Origin: Candidatus Kaiserbacteria bacterium RIFCSPHIGHO2_01_FULL_46_22
Lineage (GTDB): Bacteria > Patescibacteriota > Minisyncoccia > Phycocordibacterales > UBA918
NCBI GenBank assembly: GCA_001779595.1
Contig: MFKO01000008.1
Span: forward strand, 86,869-150,868
Length of the DNA stretch: 64,000 nt
Reading direction: 5' to 3'
The position numbers were made by a program, and so were the translations under genes. Shown piece by piece: positions 38,173-47,082 of this stretch (the first letter of the stretch is position 1; every line of letters begins with the position of its first letter). The notes below the pieces were generated by a model that had not been told where the DNA came from, made no database searches, and worked only from the letters and a program-made list of their open reading frames with translations.

Positions 38173-38457
38173 ATGGCTCGTGGTGAATTAAAAAAATTAT
38201 CTTCTCTCTTTGATAAATATAAAGAGAGATTGGTGGCCCCTGAAGGGAGTGTTATCGATGCTTTTGTTGAAGTAGTGAGAGATTTGTTTGAGTTCGAGGT
38301 TAATCGTGACAAGATTCGCTACAACCCAACCACTAAAACTTTGTCGATTGTAGGAATGGGGATTTTACGTTCAGAAGTTAAGAAGCGCGAGCAGGAAGTA
38401 TTCGATCATCTAAGGGGGCGTCTGGGAGATAAAAGTGCCCCAAAACATATTATTTGA
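38173..38457 (+). CDS. Small protein, possibly DciA/DUF721-like
   Basis: 94 aa directly after dnaN; TLSI...LRSEVKKREQEVFDHLRGRLG resembles the DciA pattern. Confidence 0.55.
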   Translation: MARGELKKLSSLFDKYKERLVAPEGSVIDAFVEVVRDLFEFEVNRDKIRYNPTTKTLSIVGMGILRSEVKKREQEVFDHLRGRLGDKSAPKHII

Positions 38458-38466
38458 GACTGAGGT

Positions 38467-38505
38467 AAAGAAACGGCCGGTGCCAAAGGCACCGGCCGTT
38501 TCTTT
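38467..38505. terminator. Bidirectional terminator
   Basis: 18-bp stem aaagaaacggccggtgcc/ggcaccggccgtttcttt between convergent genes. Confidence 0.8.
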
Positions 38506-38533
38506 TGGTTTGTATCGCACCTGGTTCTCAATC

Positions 38534-40798
38534 TTAGTTCTGTCTAGTGCCTACCGGTTCTCCTTCTTCATCACGATCGTTGTTGTCCTCAATACTTTCC
38601 GTGCTGCTGCCTACCATGTTGCTGAACTGACCACCTTTCCATACCGATACTCCGTATTCCCAGAGATTGTATTGCCCGTCACTAGCTGGGTTGTTTGGAT
38701 ATGGGCCACGTGGGTCGTCTTTGTTTACGTAATGTAGTATCGAGTGGGTGTTTTGATATATAGCGTTTAGAAGCCCCTCAGCGTCCGTGTCGCCGTCTAG
38801 TTCCGATAATAGACTGGTGGTGTCAACGAAGTAACCATTGGACCGTAGAACGGGCTTTATGTCGCTTGGAATGGCGGCTGGTTCAGCAAAACTTTCGTTT
38901 TCAACCTTTGCTAGCGCCTTGTCCATAAAGGCTCGCCATAATGGTGAGATGATGAGACCAGAAATCTCATTCATTGAGCGGTTGTCGTTGTTACCAGCCC
39001 AGGCGCCAACGACTAAGTTTGGTGTGTAACCGAAAATCCAAGCGTCACGTTTGTCGTTTGTCGTACCAGTCTTGGCGGCTACATCTCGATCGCCGAAGTG
39101 GAGTTGAGAGTTGGCTCCGTACAGAGGAGTGCGCGCAACGTTGTCAGAAAGTATGTCTGATATCTGGAGGGCTGCGTCACGGTCCATCACTCTGGAACCT
39201 TCTGGCACTTCGTCCTCAACTTTCTCTAAAACATTTCCTTGCATGTCTTCAATACGAAGAATGTCACGCGTCGGCTTCTTTACACCTTCGTTAGCCAGTA
39301 CGCTGTAAGCACCCACCATATCGATCAGTCTTACTTCACCGCCTCCTAGAACCAGAGTAAGACCATATCGTCGCCAATCTGTAAGAGTAGAAAGACCAGC
39401 GTCTCTGGCTAGCTTGATCGAGTCCGGAATACCTGCCAAGTAGAGTGTCTTAACGGCGGGGATGTTCAAAGATTGAGCTAGTGCGTTTCGCATTGATACA
39501 GGTCCACGGAAAGCATTGTCGTAGTTTTGTGGTGAATAACACCCATCGTCAGATGTGAAGTTGTCTGGTGAACAGGCAGTTGAGAACTGTGTCCTTACAT
39601 CGAATAGGGTAGTAGCAGGAGTATAGCCTTTTTCGAAAGCCTTAGCGTAAATGAAAGGCTTGATAGAAGATCCTGGCTGGCGATCAGCGAGAGTGATGTT
39701 GTAATTACCATCTACCGCTTCGTCAAAGTAGTCGCGTGATCCAACCATAACTAGAATGTCTCCAGTTTTAGGATCCATAGCCACCATACCAGCATTAGAA
39801 GCGTTGTACTTCGTTTCGTTTTGGAGAGCGTATTCTTTGATTATCTTCTCGGCTTCCTCCTGAAGCTCATAATCAAGTGTGGTTATAACCTTTAGACCTT
39901 TGGTCGCCAAGTCTTCCTCGCCGTAACGCTCGACAAGTTTTTCACGAATATACATCACGAAATGTGGTGCGCGAATTCCGGTATTGGCCGAGGCGGAAAA
40001 TTTCACCTCTTCCGCAATTGCTGCTTGGTACTCTTCCTCGGAAATGAAATCTAGTTTTTCCATCTGTTCCAGGACGCGTTTTTGTCGCTGGTCGAGTCCG
40101 TCTCGGTGATTTCCGTAAGGTGAAAAGTAAGTAGGTCTTTGCGGGAGGGCGGCTAGATAAGCAGCTTCTGCCAAAGTTACATCGGCGGCTGATTTATTAA
40201 AGAAAGCACGACTGGCTTCCTCTACACCGTAGATAGTTCCACCGTAGGGTGATTCGTTAAGGTATGTATGGAGGATTTCTTCTTTTGTCATCACTTGTTC
40301 CAAACGAAGTGCTAGGATGACCTCCTTAAGTTTTCTGATGTAGGCTTTTTCAGGGGAGAGAAGCGCGTTCTTAATTACTTGTTGAGTAATGGTCGATCCG
40401 CCTTGACCACGCAGGTCACCGCCTTGCACGTTGTAGATCATTGCCCGCAAGATAGAAAGTGGTCTCACGCCGTGATGCTGAAAGAATGTGTCGTCTTCGA
40501 TTGCTACAGTGGCATTCTTAATGTGGTGCGAAATTCGTTCATATGGCACCGCTGTGCGTTTCACGTCCTGGTTTAGGTCGTAGAGTACGACTTCACCAGT
40601 GCGATCGTATATTTTTGTTGACTGGAGGATTCGTCGCTGTTCGAAAGCAGAGAGGTCTGGCAGGTCCAAGGTGGAAATGAATACTAGAAGTGCTCCAGCA
40701 CTAAAAAAGCCCAGAACCAAAGTCACAATCAGGCCATCTGTAGCCCACTCACGCCATTTTTTATCGAGCTTAAATTTAGATTTTCGGTGGTCTCTCAT
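38534..40798 (-). CDS. Class A penicillin-binding protein (PBP1A family)
   Basis: Glycosyltransferase AIEDDTF and GGSTITQQ; transpeptidase SSIK, SLN and KTG motifs. Confidence 0.95.
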   Translation of the reverse strand: MRDHRKSKFKLDKKWREWATDGLIVTLVLGFFSAGALLVFISTLDLPDLSAFEQRRILQSTKIYDRTGEVVLYDLNQDVKRTAVPYERISHHIKNATVAIEDDTFFQHHGVRPLSILRAMIYNVQGGDLRGQGGSTITQQVIKNALLSPEKAYIRKLKEVILALRLEQVMTKEEILHTYLNESPYGGTIYGVEEASRAFFNKSAADVTLAEAAYLAALPQRPTYFSPYGNHRDGLDQRQKRVLEQMEKLDFISEEEYQAAIAEEVKFSASANTGIRAPHFVMYIREKLVERYGEEDLATKGLKVITTLDYELQEEAEKIIKEYALQNETKYNASNAGMVAMDPKTGDILVMVGSRDYFDEAVDGNYNITLADRQPGSSIKPFIYAKAFEKGYTPATTLFDVRTQFSTACSPDNFTSDDGCYSPQNYDNAFRGPVSMRNALAQSLNIPAVKTLYLAGIPDSIKLARDAGLSTLTDWRRYGLTLVLGGGEVRLIDMVGAYSVLANEGVKKPTRDILRIEDMQGNVLEKVEDEVPEGSRVMDRDAALQISDILSDNVARTPLYGANSQLHFGDRDVAAKTGTTNDKRDAWIFGYTPNLVVGAWAGNNDNRSMNEISGLIISPLWRAFMDKALAKVENESFAEPAAIPSDIKPVLRSNGYFVDTTSLLSELDGDTDAEGLLNAIYQNTHSILHYVNKDDPRGPYPNNPASDGQYNLWEYGVSVWKGGQFSNMVGSSTESIEDNNDRDEEGEPVGTRQN

Positions 40799-40901
40799 AA
40801 TACGAATTATTAGTATATAGTATATGACATATAGGCCGTTTTGTGGCTTCTATACCTGTCTGCGAGGGTACTATATACCACATATACAATATATTTTCTC
40901 T

Positions 40902-42041
40902 ATGGATTTAGTAAATGAATTAAAGGAACGTGGTTTGGTGGAACACAACTCGGCCGACCTAGAAAAGATTTTTAGTGAAAAAAGAACCGTCTACATCGGC
41001 ACTGATCCGACTGCTGACTCCTTACATGTTGGACACCTGTCATGGGTAGTCTTATTGAAGAGATTGGCTGATGCTGGACACAAAGTGATTCTGCTAGTTG
41101 GTGGCGGTACTGGGTTGATCGGTGATCCAAAGGAAAAGGGTGAGAGGCCACTCTTGACTGAAGACGTGGTCGACGCGAATGCGTCTGCTTTAGAGCGCCA
41201 ACTTAATGGCTTGGTTGGCCAGCGCGCTGAACTTGAAATGGTTAATAATGCAGAATGGTTGAGAGAAGTGAAGTTGCTCGACTTCTTACGTGATACAGGC
41301 AAACACTTCACGGTCAATGAACTTATTAAACGTGACCTGATCCGTCGCCGTCTCGATAATCCAGACGATAGTATTTCCTACACCGAATTTACCTATTCAT
41401 TATTGCAGGCTTACGATTACCGAGAATTGAACCAGCGTTATGGTTGTGATCTGCAGATTGGTGGCAGTGATCAATGGACCAACATCCTCTCTGGTGTTGA
41501 TCTGATCCGAAAGACGGAAGGGAAGGAGGTGTTCGCTCTATCTACTCCGCTCATTACAGATGCATCTGGTCGCAAGTTTGGCAAAAGCGAAGGCAATGCG
41601 GTCTGGCTTGATGCTGTAAAAACCACCCCGTACCAGTTTCACCAATTCTGGTTGAATGTTGAAGACGAAAAGGTAATTGATTATCTAAAGATCTACACGT
41701 TACTTTCGCTTGAAGAGATAGGGGCGATCAAGACCGGATTCGAAGCAGACAAGAGCGGACGCCTAGCGCAAAAACGTCTAGCCGACGAGGTGACACGTTT
41801 CGTACATGGTGAGGAAGTTATTTTAGAAACGCCGGTTCATCAGGCTAGTTCTGAGGACACTATTGTGGATATTTTAGTTGCCACTGGTCTCGCTACAAGT
41901 AAAAGAGAGGCGCGAGAATTTATTGAAAGCGGTGCCGTAACTCTCGATGGAGATCGCGTCGAAGATATAAATGCGTTGGCTAAAAATGGAACCCTGCAAC
42001 GTGGTAAACGAAAGATGAATAGCGTTGAGGTCAGGGTATAG
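40902..42041 (+). CDS. tyrS: Tyrosine--tRNA ligase
   Basis: DPTADSLHVGH, QIGGSDQW, KFGKS and a C-terminal S4-like domain. Confidence 0.97.
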   Translation: MDLVNELKERGLVEHNSADLEKIFSEKRTVYIGTDPTADSLHVGHLSWVVLLKRLADAGHKVILLVGGGTGLIGDPKEKGERPLLTEDVVDANASALERQLNGLVGQRAELEMVNNAEWLREVKLLDFLRDTGKHFTVNELIKRDLIRRRLDNPDDSISYTEFTYSLLQAYDYRELNQRYGCDLQIGGSDQWTNILSGVDLIRKTEGKEVFALSTPLITDASGRKFGKSEGNAVWLDAVKTTPYQFHQFWLNVEDEKVIDYLKIYTLLSLEEIGAIKTGFEADKSGRLAQKRLADEVTRFVHGEEVILETPVHQASSEDTIVDILVATGLATSKREAREFIESGAVTLDGDRVEDINALAKNGTLQRGKRKMNSVEVRV

Positions 42042-42059
42042 TGGTCCTTGTGACAGAAG

Positions 42060-42090
42060 AAAAGGCCGGAGCTTTTAGCTCCGGCCTTTT
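42060..42090. terminator. Bidirectional terminator
   Basis: aaaaggccggagct-tt-agctccggcctttt. Confidence 0.75.
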
Positions 42091-42111
42091 CCAAACCCTT
42101 CACGCTAGTTC

Positions 42112-42381
42112 CTATAAGTGATCCTCATCATCGAACGAATCGTAGTCCACATCTTCTGCATCCTCCTCGAGTTCTGCATCAGTCTTTTCCTCAGCGTCCT
42201 CTTCCTCCTCCGCTACTTCTCCCGTTACATCTTCTTTGATGTGTCCAAACCCCTCGGGTTCCTCTACCGGCACATCATCGCTAATTTCGTCCAGCATTGC
42301 GTCGTCTAAACTGGTCTCGCCTTCGGCGACTTCTTCTTCTACTTCTTCGTCATCGTTACGGGTGTTGTGCAAAAGGGTCAT
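42112..42381 (-). CDS. Small, highly acidic protein (89 aa)
   Basis: MTLLHNTRNDDEEVEEEV...DYDSFDDEDHL; dominated by Asp/Glu. Confidence 0.65.
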   Translation of the reverse strand: MTLLHNTRNDDEEVEEEVAEGETSLDDAMLDEISDDVPVEEPEGFGHIKEDVTGEVAEEEEDAEEKTDAELEEDAEDVDYDSFDDEDHL

Positions 42382-42451
42382 ATCCGTTCGTAATTGAAAT
42401 TTATTTCTACTGAAAATGGATTTTAGCGTAATTAAATTTATGTGCAAGTAC

Positions 42452-42931
42452 TTAGGTGGATATAGGTGTAGATACAAGGCCAGTTAACGCAATAGCAATG
42501 GCATCGTACTCGTCGTCAAGGGCGGAAATCGGCAAATTTTTGATCAATCGAGACAGCATTTCAGCCACTGCTCGCTTGTCGCTCTTACCGTAGCCGGTGA
42601 CGGCTACCTTTATTTCCTGCGGCCCGAACTCCGCGACTTTACAGTTGTGACATTTGGCCAAATATATGACGACACCACGCATCTCAGCTACTGAAAGGGC
42701 AGTGGTGCGATTTTGATTAAAGAAAAGTTTCTCAATTGCCAACTGATCGGGTTGGTAAGAAGAAAAAATCTCGGTTAGTCGGTGACCTAGATCATCAATG
42801 CGGTCTGCAACGACCAGTTTGCGATCCGATTGAAGACAGGTGGAAAATATCAGAGTCTCTTGGCCATCTATTTTTTCCATCACCGCCACGCCCAAGCGGT
42901 CATACCCTGGATCTATTCCTATTACACGCAT
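42452..42931 (-). CDS. ruvC: Holliday junction resolvase RuvC
   Basis: VIGIDPG, AIEKLFF, IKVAVTGYGKSDK and DDEYDAIAIA motifs. Confidence 0.95.
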   Translation of the reverse strand: MRVIGIDPGYDRLGVAVMEKIDGQETLIFSTCLQSDRKLVVADRIDDLGHRLTEIFSSYQPDQLAIEKLFFNQNRTTALSVAEMRGVVIYLAKCHNCKVAEFGPQEIKVAVTGYGKSDKRAVAEMLSRLIKNLPISALDDEYDAIAIALTGLVSTPIST

Positions 42932-42934
42932 ATT

Positions 42935-43486
42935 TTAATCGGGGGTTTCATCAAAGGTGTCTGCTGTAGTGAATATATCTTGCACATCATCTTGCTCTTC
43001 AATCGCTTCTATCAATTCTGACAACTTAACGCCATCTTCTTCGGATAATTCAACTGGACTTTGAGGCGCATAACCGTCAGCAGTTTTGTTAAATGCCCAC
43101 ATTGCTGTGCCGGGCGTACCTAATTGGTAGCCAGCTTTCGTAAAAGTGTGGCGGATTTCTTGTGAGGTGCGGTTATTGTTGTCTGTTACAGCTGTAATAA
43201 GGATGCCTACTCCACCTGGACCAAACGCTTCAAAAGTAACTTCCTGAAGGGCCTCGCCGCCCGCTCCGGCGCCTTTTGCAACAGCGCGGTCAATATTATC
43301 TTTTGGCATTGAGTCCTTCTTTGCACGCTCTATCACAGCCGCAAGACCTGGCGATGTAATATCTCCTTTGGCTTTGCGAGATTCCATCGCGATTAAAGCA
43401 GAATGTTTTGAAAACACGCGACTCTTTACTGCATCTGTCGCGGCTTTCTTATGCTTTATCTTTGACCATTTGTTATGACCGGACAT
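42935..43486 (-). CDS. yebC: YebC/PmpR family protein (short form)
   Basis: MSGHNKWSKIKHKK, MPKDNIDRA, EAFGPGG and TDNNNRT motifs. Confidence 0.93.
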   Translation of the reverse strand: MSGHNKWSKIKHKKAATDAVKSRVFSKHSALIAMESRKAKGDITSPGLAAVIERAKKDSMPKDNIDRAVAKGAGAGGEALQEVTFEAFGPGGVGILITAVTDNNNRTSQEIRHTFTKAGYQLGTPGTAMWAFNKTADGYAPQSPVELSEEDGVKLSELIEAIEEQDDVQDIFTTADTFDETPD

Positions 43487-43497
43487 AAAAACTTAAA

Positions 43498-44475
43498 TTA
43501 GGAATCATTAATATGTGAGTATGCGTTCGCGCTGGCGACACGGCCGCGTGGGGTGCGTTCCAAAAGACCAAGGCGGATAAGATAAGGTTCAATCACATCT
43601 TCAATAGTGGATTCTTCCTCACCAGTGGCTGCAGCAATAGTGTTGAGGCCAACTGGTCCACCGCCAAATTTGCCGATAATAGCCTCAAGTACGGCACGAT
43701 CTGACTTATTGAGACCAAGTTTATCAACATCCAGTAAGCCGAAGGTACGCTCAACTATGTCGCGCGACAACGGTACATTTTCTAGTTGAGCCATATCGCG
43801 GCATCGCTTCAAGAGATAGTTAGCGACACGAGGAGTAGCGCGACAACGCTTGGCGATATCTTCAAATACATCGCTGTCGGTTTCTACGCCAAGTAATTTG
43901 GCCGATCGGATCAAGATCGACTCTATCTCTTTTTCATTATAGAAATCTAGACGAAATGTACCGCCCGAAAAACGAGAACGAAGCGGAGAAGAGAGCAGGG
44001 AAATCCGCGTGGTTGCCGCGACTAGCGTAAATGGCGGTAGATCAAGTTGAACGGTACGGGCCGAAGGACCTTTGCCAATGATGATATCCAAAACACCCGA
44101 TTCCATTGCAGGGTAGAGAACCTCTTCAATGGTTTTCGAGAGGCGGTGTATTTCGTCGATGAACAATACATCGCCAGGGGAGAGGTTGGTCAAAACAGCA
44201 GCTAGGTCGCCAACCCGTTCGATTGCTGGACCGGAGGTGATACGCATATTAGTGCCCAACGTCTTGGCGATGAGGTGGGCCAAGGTTGTCTTGCCAAGAC
44301 CTGGTGGGCCGTAAAGCAGGATATGTTCTGCTGAGTGACCGCGTTCACGAGCGGCGGTCAAAAGAATCCGCAAGTTCTCTTTGGTTTTTGCCTGTCCGAT
44401 ATACTCTTCCCAACTCTGCGGTCGCAGAGTCTGATCTAAGTTACCAGCGCCGTCCTTAGTAAAACCATTTGCCAT
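43498..44475 (-). CDS. ruvB: Holliday junction branch-migration ATPase RuvB
   Basis: [29 protein letters not shown] and EPYL...RTPRGR motifs. Confidence 0.97.
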   Translation of the reverse strand: MANGFTKDGAGNLDQTLRPQSWEEYIGQAKTKENLRILLTAARERGHSAEHILLYGPPGLGKTTLAHLIAKTLGTNMRITSGPAIERVGDLAAVLTNLSPGDVLFIDEIHRLSKTIEEVLYPAMESGVLDIIIGKGPSARTVQLDLPPFTLVAATTRISLLSSPLRSRFSGGTFRLDFYNEKEIESILIRSAKLLGVETDSDVFEDIAKRCRATPRVANYLLKRCRDMAQLENVPLSRDIVERTFGLLDVDKLGLNKSDRAVLEAIIGKFGGGPVGLNTIAAATGEEESTIEDVIEPYLIRLGLLERTPRGRVASANAYSHINDS

Positions 44476-44558
44476 AGCGCCATTATACCGAAAAACCAGT
44501 TATTCCAACGTTGGCGTCTGCCGCTTGACAAATTCCTCAAATATGCTAAGATATTTAA

Positions 44559-44828
44559 GTTCTTAGAAAAGCAGATAAATAAAAAGCGCCGCAACGATCC
44601 CGTTGCAGGCGGCTATTTTTTCTCTTATTTCTATAACAGCTCTTTCGAGACGATAGCTCTCTAAGCAATTGGTTGGTGTGGCGAGGACTTCCTGGTCCTT
44701 ACCATCGAGTGAGGTCGCTGGGTAGACCCTTAGCGCACCGGTCACTTTTATTTTGAAAGCTTGCTTAGAGAACTATCTTCTCGAACCCCTATACACTGCC
44801 ACGGACTATATCATGTCCGTGGCAGTGT
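44559..44828 (+). ncRNA. Candidate structured non-coding RNA (~270 nt)
   Basis: TTGACA-N16-TAAGAT promoter (44525-44552); two long stem domains with G-U pairs on the plus strand; 14-bp terminal hairpin. Confidence 0.55.
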
Positions 44829-44857
44829 TCGTATTGAACGCCACGCGATCACGTGTT

Positions 44858-46543
44858 CTAACCTCTTGTATCGGATCTAACCTTGGTCAGATCAACAACT
44901 CGCTCGAGTTCGTCAAGAGAGGTGATACCAGAAAGCACCTTTTCCATACCATCTTCAGACATTAGAGGAATACCTTGAGAACGAGCCGCTTCGACAATAA
45001 TGTGTTCGCGAGGATCGCGAATTACTGCTTCTTCCACCGCGGTATCAACTTTGATGGCTTCAAATATACCTTGACGACCTTTGTATCCAGTACCGCCACA
45101 GATTTCACAACCGACCGCTTCAAAGACGGTGAAGTTATCGAGATTAGCGGGTGGTTTCGGATGTCCGGACAGCACTCGTTTCATTAACACACTTTCTTCA
45201 GCGGTGGCGGCCCGTGATTTTTTACACTTCTCGCACAGTCTTCGTACCAAACGTTGAGCAAGAATAATATTTGCCGCGCTACCGATCATTCGTGAGTCAA
45301 CACCAAGATCGATGAGGCGGGGGAAGGCACCAGCTGCGTTATTGGTGTGCAAAGTGGTGAAAACGAGGTGACCGGTTTGAGCGGCGTGGACCGCAGTCTC
45401 GGCCACTTCGTTGTCACGGATTTCACCAACCATAATGATGTCTGGGTCCTGACGCAGAATAGACCGAAGGCCGGAAGCAAAGCTGTAGTCCTCTTCGACT
45501 TGTGTTTGCACGATACCTTCGACCTTGTATTCAACTGGGTCTTCGATGGTGATTACTTTCACTTCGGGGGTATGAGCTTGACGTAAAAAGGCGTACAGCG
45601 CCGTGGTCTTACCGCTACCAGTAGGACCGGTGGTGATAATCATTCCATTCGGTCTCTTTAACTCCTCGGTCATTACCCCGTACATTATTGGGTTGAGGCC
45701 GAGTTGGTCCATATTGAAACTGGCAACTGACGGATCAAGAAGACGCATAACTGCACTCTCTCCCGAGCTTCCAGGAATAACAGAAGTACGAACCTCGATT
45801 ACTTTTTGACTACTATCAAAAGTGAAACGACCGTCTTGAGCTTCGTTTTTCACATTCAGGATCAGCCCAGCAAGCAACTTAATACGAGCGATCAGACGAT
45901 CATATACTGCGCGTTCTAGGTCAACTACATCGTGCAGTACTCCGTCCAAACGGAAACGCACTCTAACTTTTACAGGTGAAGGCTCAATGTGTATGTCCGA
46001 AGCTCCGAGGCCTAAAGCACCCGCAAAAAGTGTTTCTAAGGTAGCACTCACCCGACGAGCCGGATTCAAGGTGCGAATTTCATCCACGTGTTTCGACACC
46101 GCTTCCATAGTCGCAAGGTTTTTCATCAGCTTATCGATCTCCGCCGGATCGATATCCAGAATCCCTTTTTTAACTTCGGTGGTTTGTTTTTGATCAGCGT
46201 AACGTCCCCAAGCGTGTTCTAGACTAGCCTCTGAGCACATAAAAACAGAAAGTTGCCAGGCGCTTTCCAGCTCATGGATAATTGCGATAGTCTTTTCTTC
46301 GTTTGGATTGCGCACAGCGATAGAGAGTTTTTTGTTAGCTCGCTCAAAAAGCACCGCGCCAGCATCACGGGCACGATCTTCGCTTAGTAGACTGAGCGCC
46401 GATGGGTTTATTGAAATACCACGCAAGTTAACGTAGGTGTAACCTTGCTTGCCGGCCAGAGCTTTAACCAGACTCTCTTCCTCGCTTTGTCGAAACTCCT
46501 GGTAACGCCGGCCTTCTAATACATGCTCATCAAACTTCAACAT
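44858..46543 (-). CDS. GspE/PilB family type IV pilus assembly ATPase
   Basis: ASDIHIEP, TGPTGSGKTT, TIEDPVEY, LRQDPDIIMVGEIRD and the CxxC...CxxC zinc motif. Confidence 0.94.
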   Translation of the reverse strand: MLKFDEHVLEGRRYQEFRQSEEESLVKALAGKQGYTYVNLRGISINPSALSLLSEDRARDAGAVLFERANKKLSIAVRNPNEEKTIAIIHELESAWQLSVFMCSEASLEHAWGRYADQKQTTEVKKGILDIDPAEIDKLMKNLATMEAVSKHVDEIRTLNPARRVSATLETLFAGALGLGASDIHIEPSPVKVRVRFRLDGVLHDVVDLERAVYDRLIARIKLLAGLILNVKNEAQDGRFTFDSSQKVIEVRTSVIPGSSGESAVMRLLDPSVASFNMDQLGLNPIMYGVMTEELKRPNGMIITTGPTGSGKTTALYAFLRQAHTPEVKVITIEDPVEYKVEGIVQTQVEEDYSFASGLRSILRQDPDIIMVGEIRDNEVAETAVHAAQTGHLVFTTLHTNNAAGAFPRLIDLGVDSRMIGSAANIILAQRLVRRLCEKCKKSRAATAEESVLMKRVLSGHPKPPANLDNFTVFEAVGCEICGGTGYKGRQGIFEAIKVDTAVEEAVIRDPREHIIVEAARSQGIPLMSEDGMEKVLSGITSLDELERVVDLTKVRSDTRG

Positions 46544-46632
46544 ATTTTTTGATTATTTCAATTTTAGAATGAAAATATAAAAAGCAGAAAGCACAAAGTA
46601 CTGGCCAAGGTGAAAAATGGTAGGATGTTCGG

Positions 46633-47082
46633 ATGAATGAACGGCAGTGGGACATCACGGATAAGTCTGATTTAGAACGGGTGACCGGGGATATATTGAG
46701 TGAATTAGCCAAAGAACAACGCACATCATCCGCTGTGGTGCTTGGTCTTCATGGTGACCTCGGTGCTGGTAAAACCACTTTCGTACAAATGTTAGCGGAT
46801 CAGCTTGGTGTTCAGGAATCAGTCACCAGTCCAACTTTTGTGATAATGAAAAAATACCAGACTAAAGATCAGCGATTCTCTACCTTAGTTCACATTGACG
46901 CTTATCGTCTAGAAAGTGCGGAAGAATTGGAGGTTTTAGATTTTTCTTCAGAGCTATCGGACGAGAAGAATATTATATGTATTGAGTGGGCGGAAAAGGT
47001 GACCGATCTTCTCCCGCCGTTAACGAAGAATTATCGATTTGTTATCGATGCGGATAATCGTCGTACTTTAATACTGGAATGA
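46633..47082 (+). CDS. tsaE: tRNA t6A biosynthesis ATPase TsaE
   Basis: LHGDLGAGKTTF, VTSPTF, HIDAYRL and IEWAE motifs. Confidence 0.95.
   Translation: MNERQWDITDKSDLERVTGDILSELAKEQRTSSAVVLGLHGDLGAGKTTFVQMLADQLGVQESVTSPTFVIMKKYQTKDQRFSTLVHIDAYRLESAEELEVLDFSSELSDEKNIICIEWAEKVTDLLPPLTKNYRFVIDADNRRTLILE

Noticed and set aside
44563-44965. Short ORFs (60 and 70 aa) in the ruvB-pilus ATPase gap
   Set aside because: No recognisable motifs; the long stems and oriented promoter fit an RNA better.
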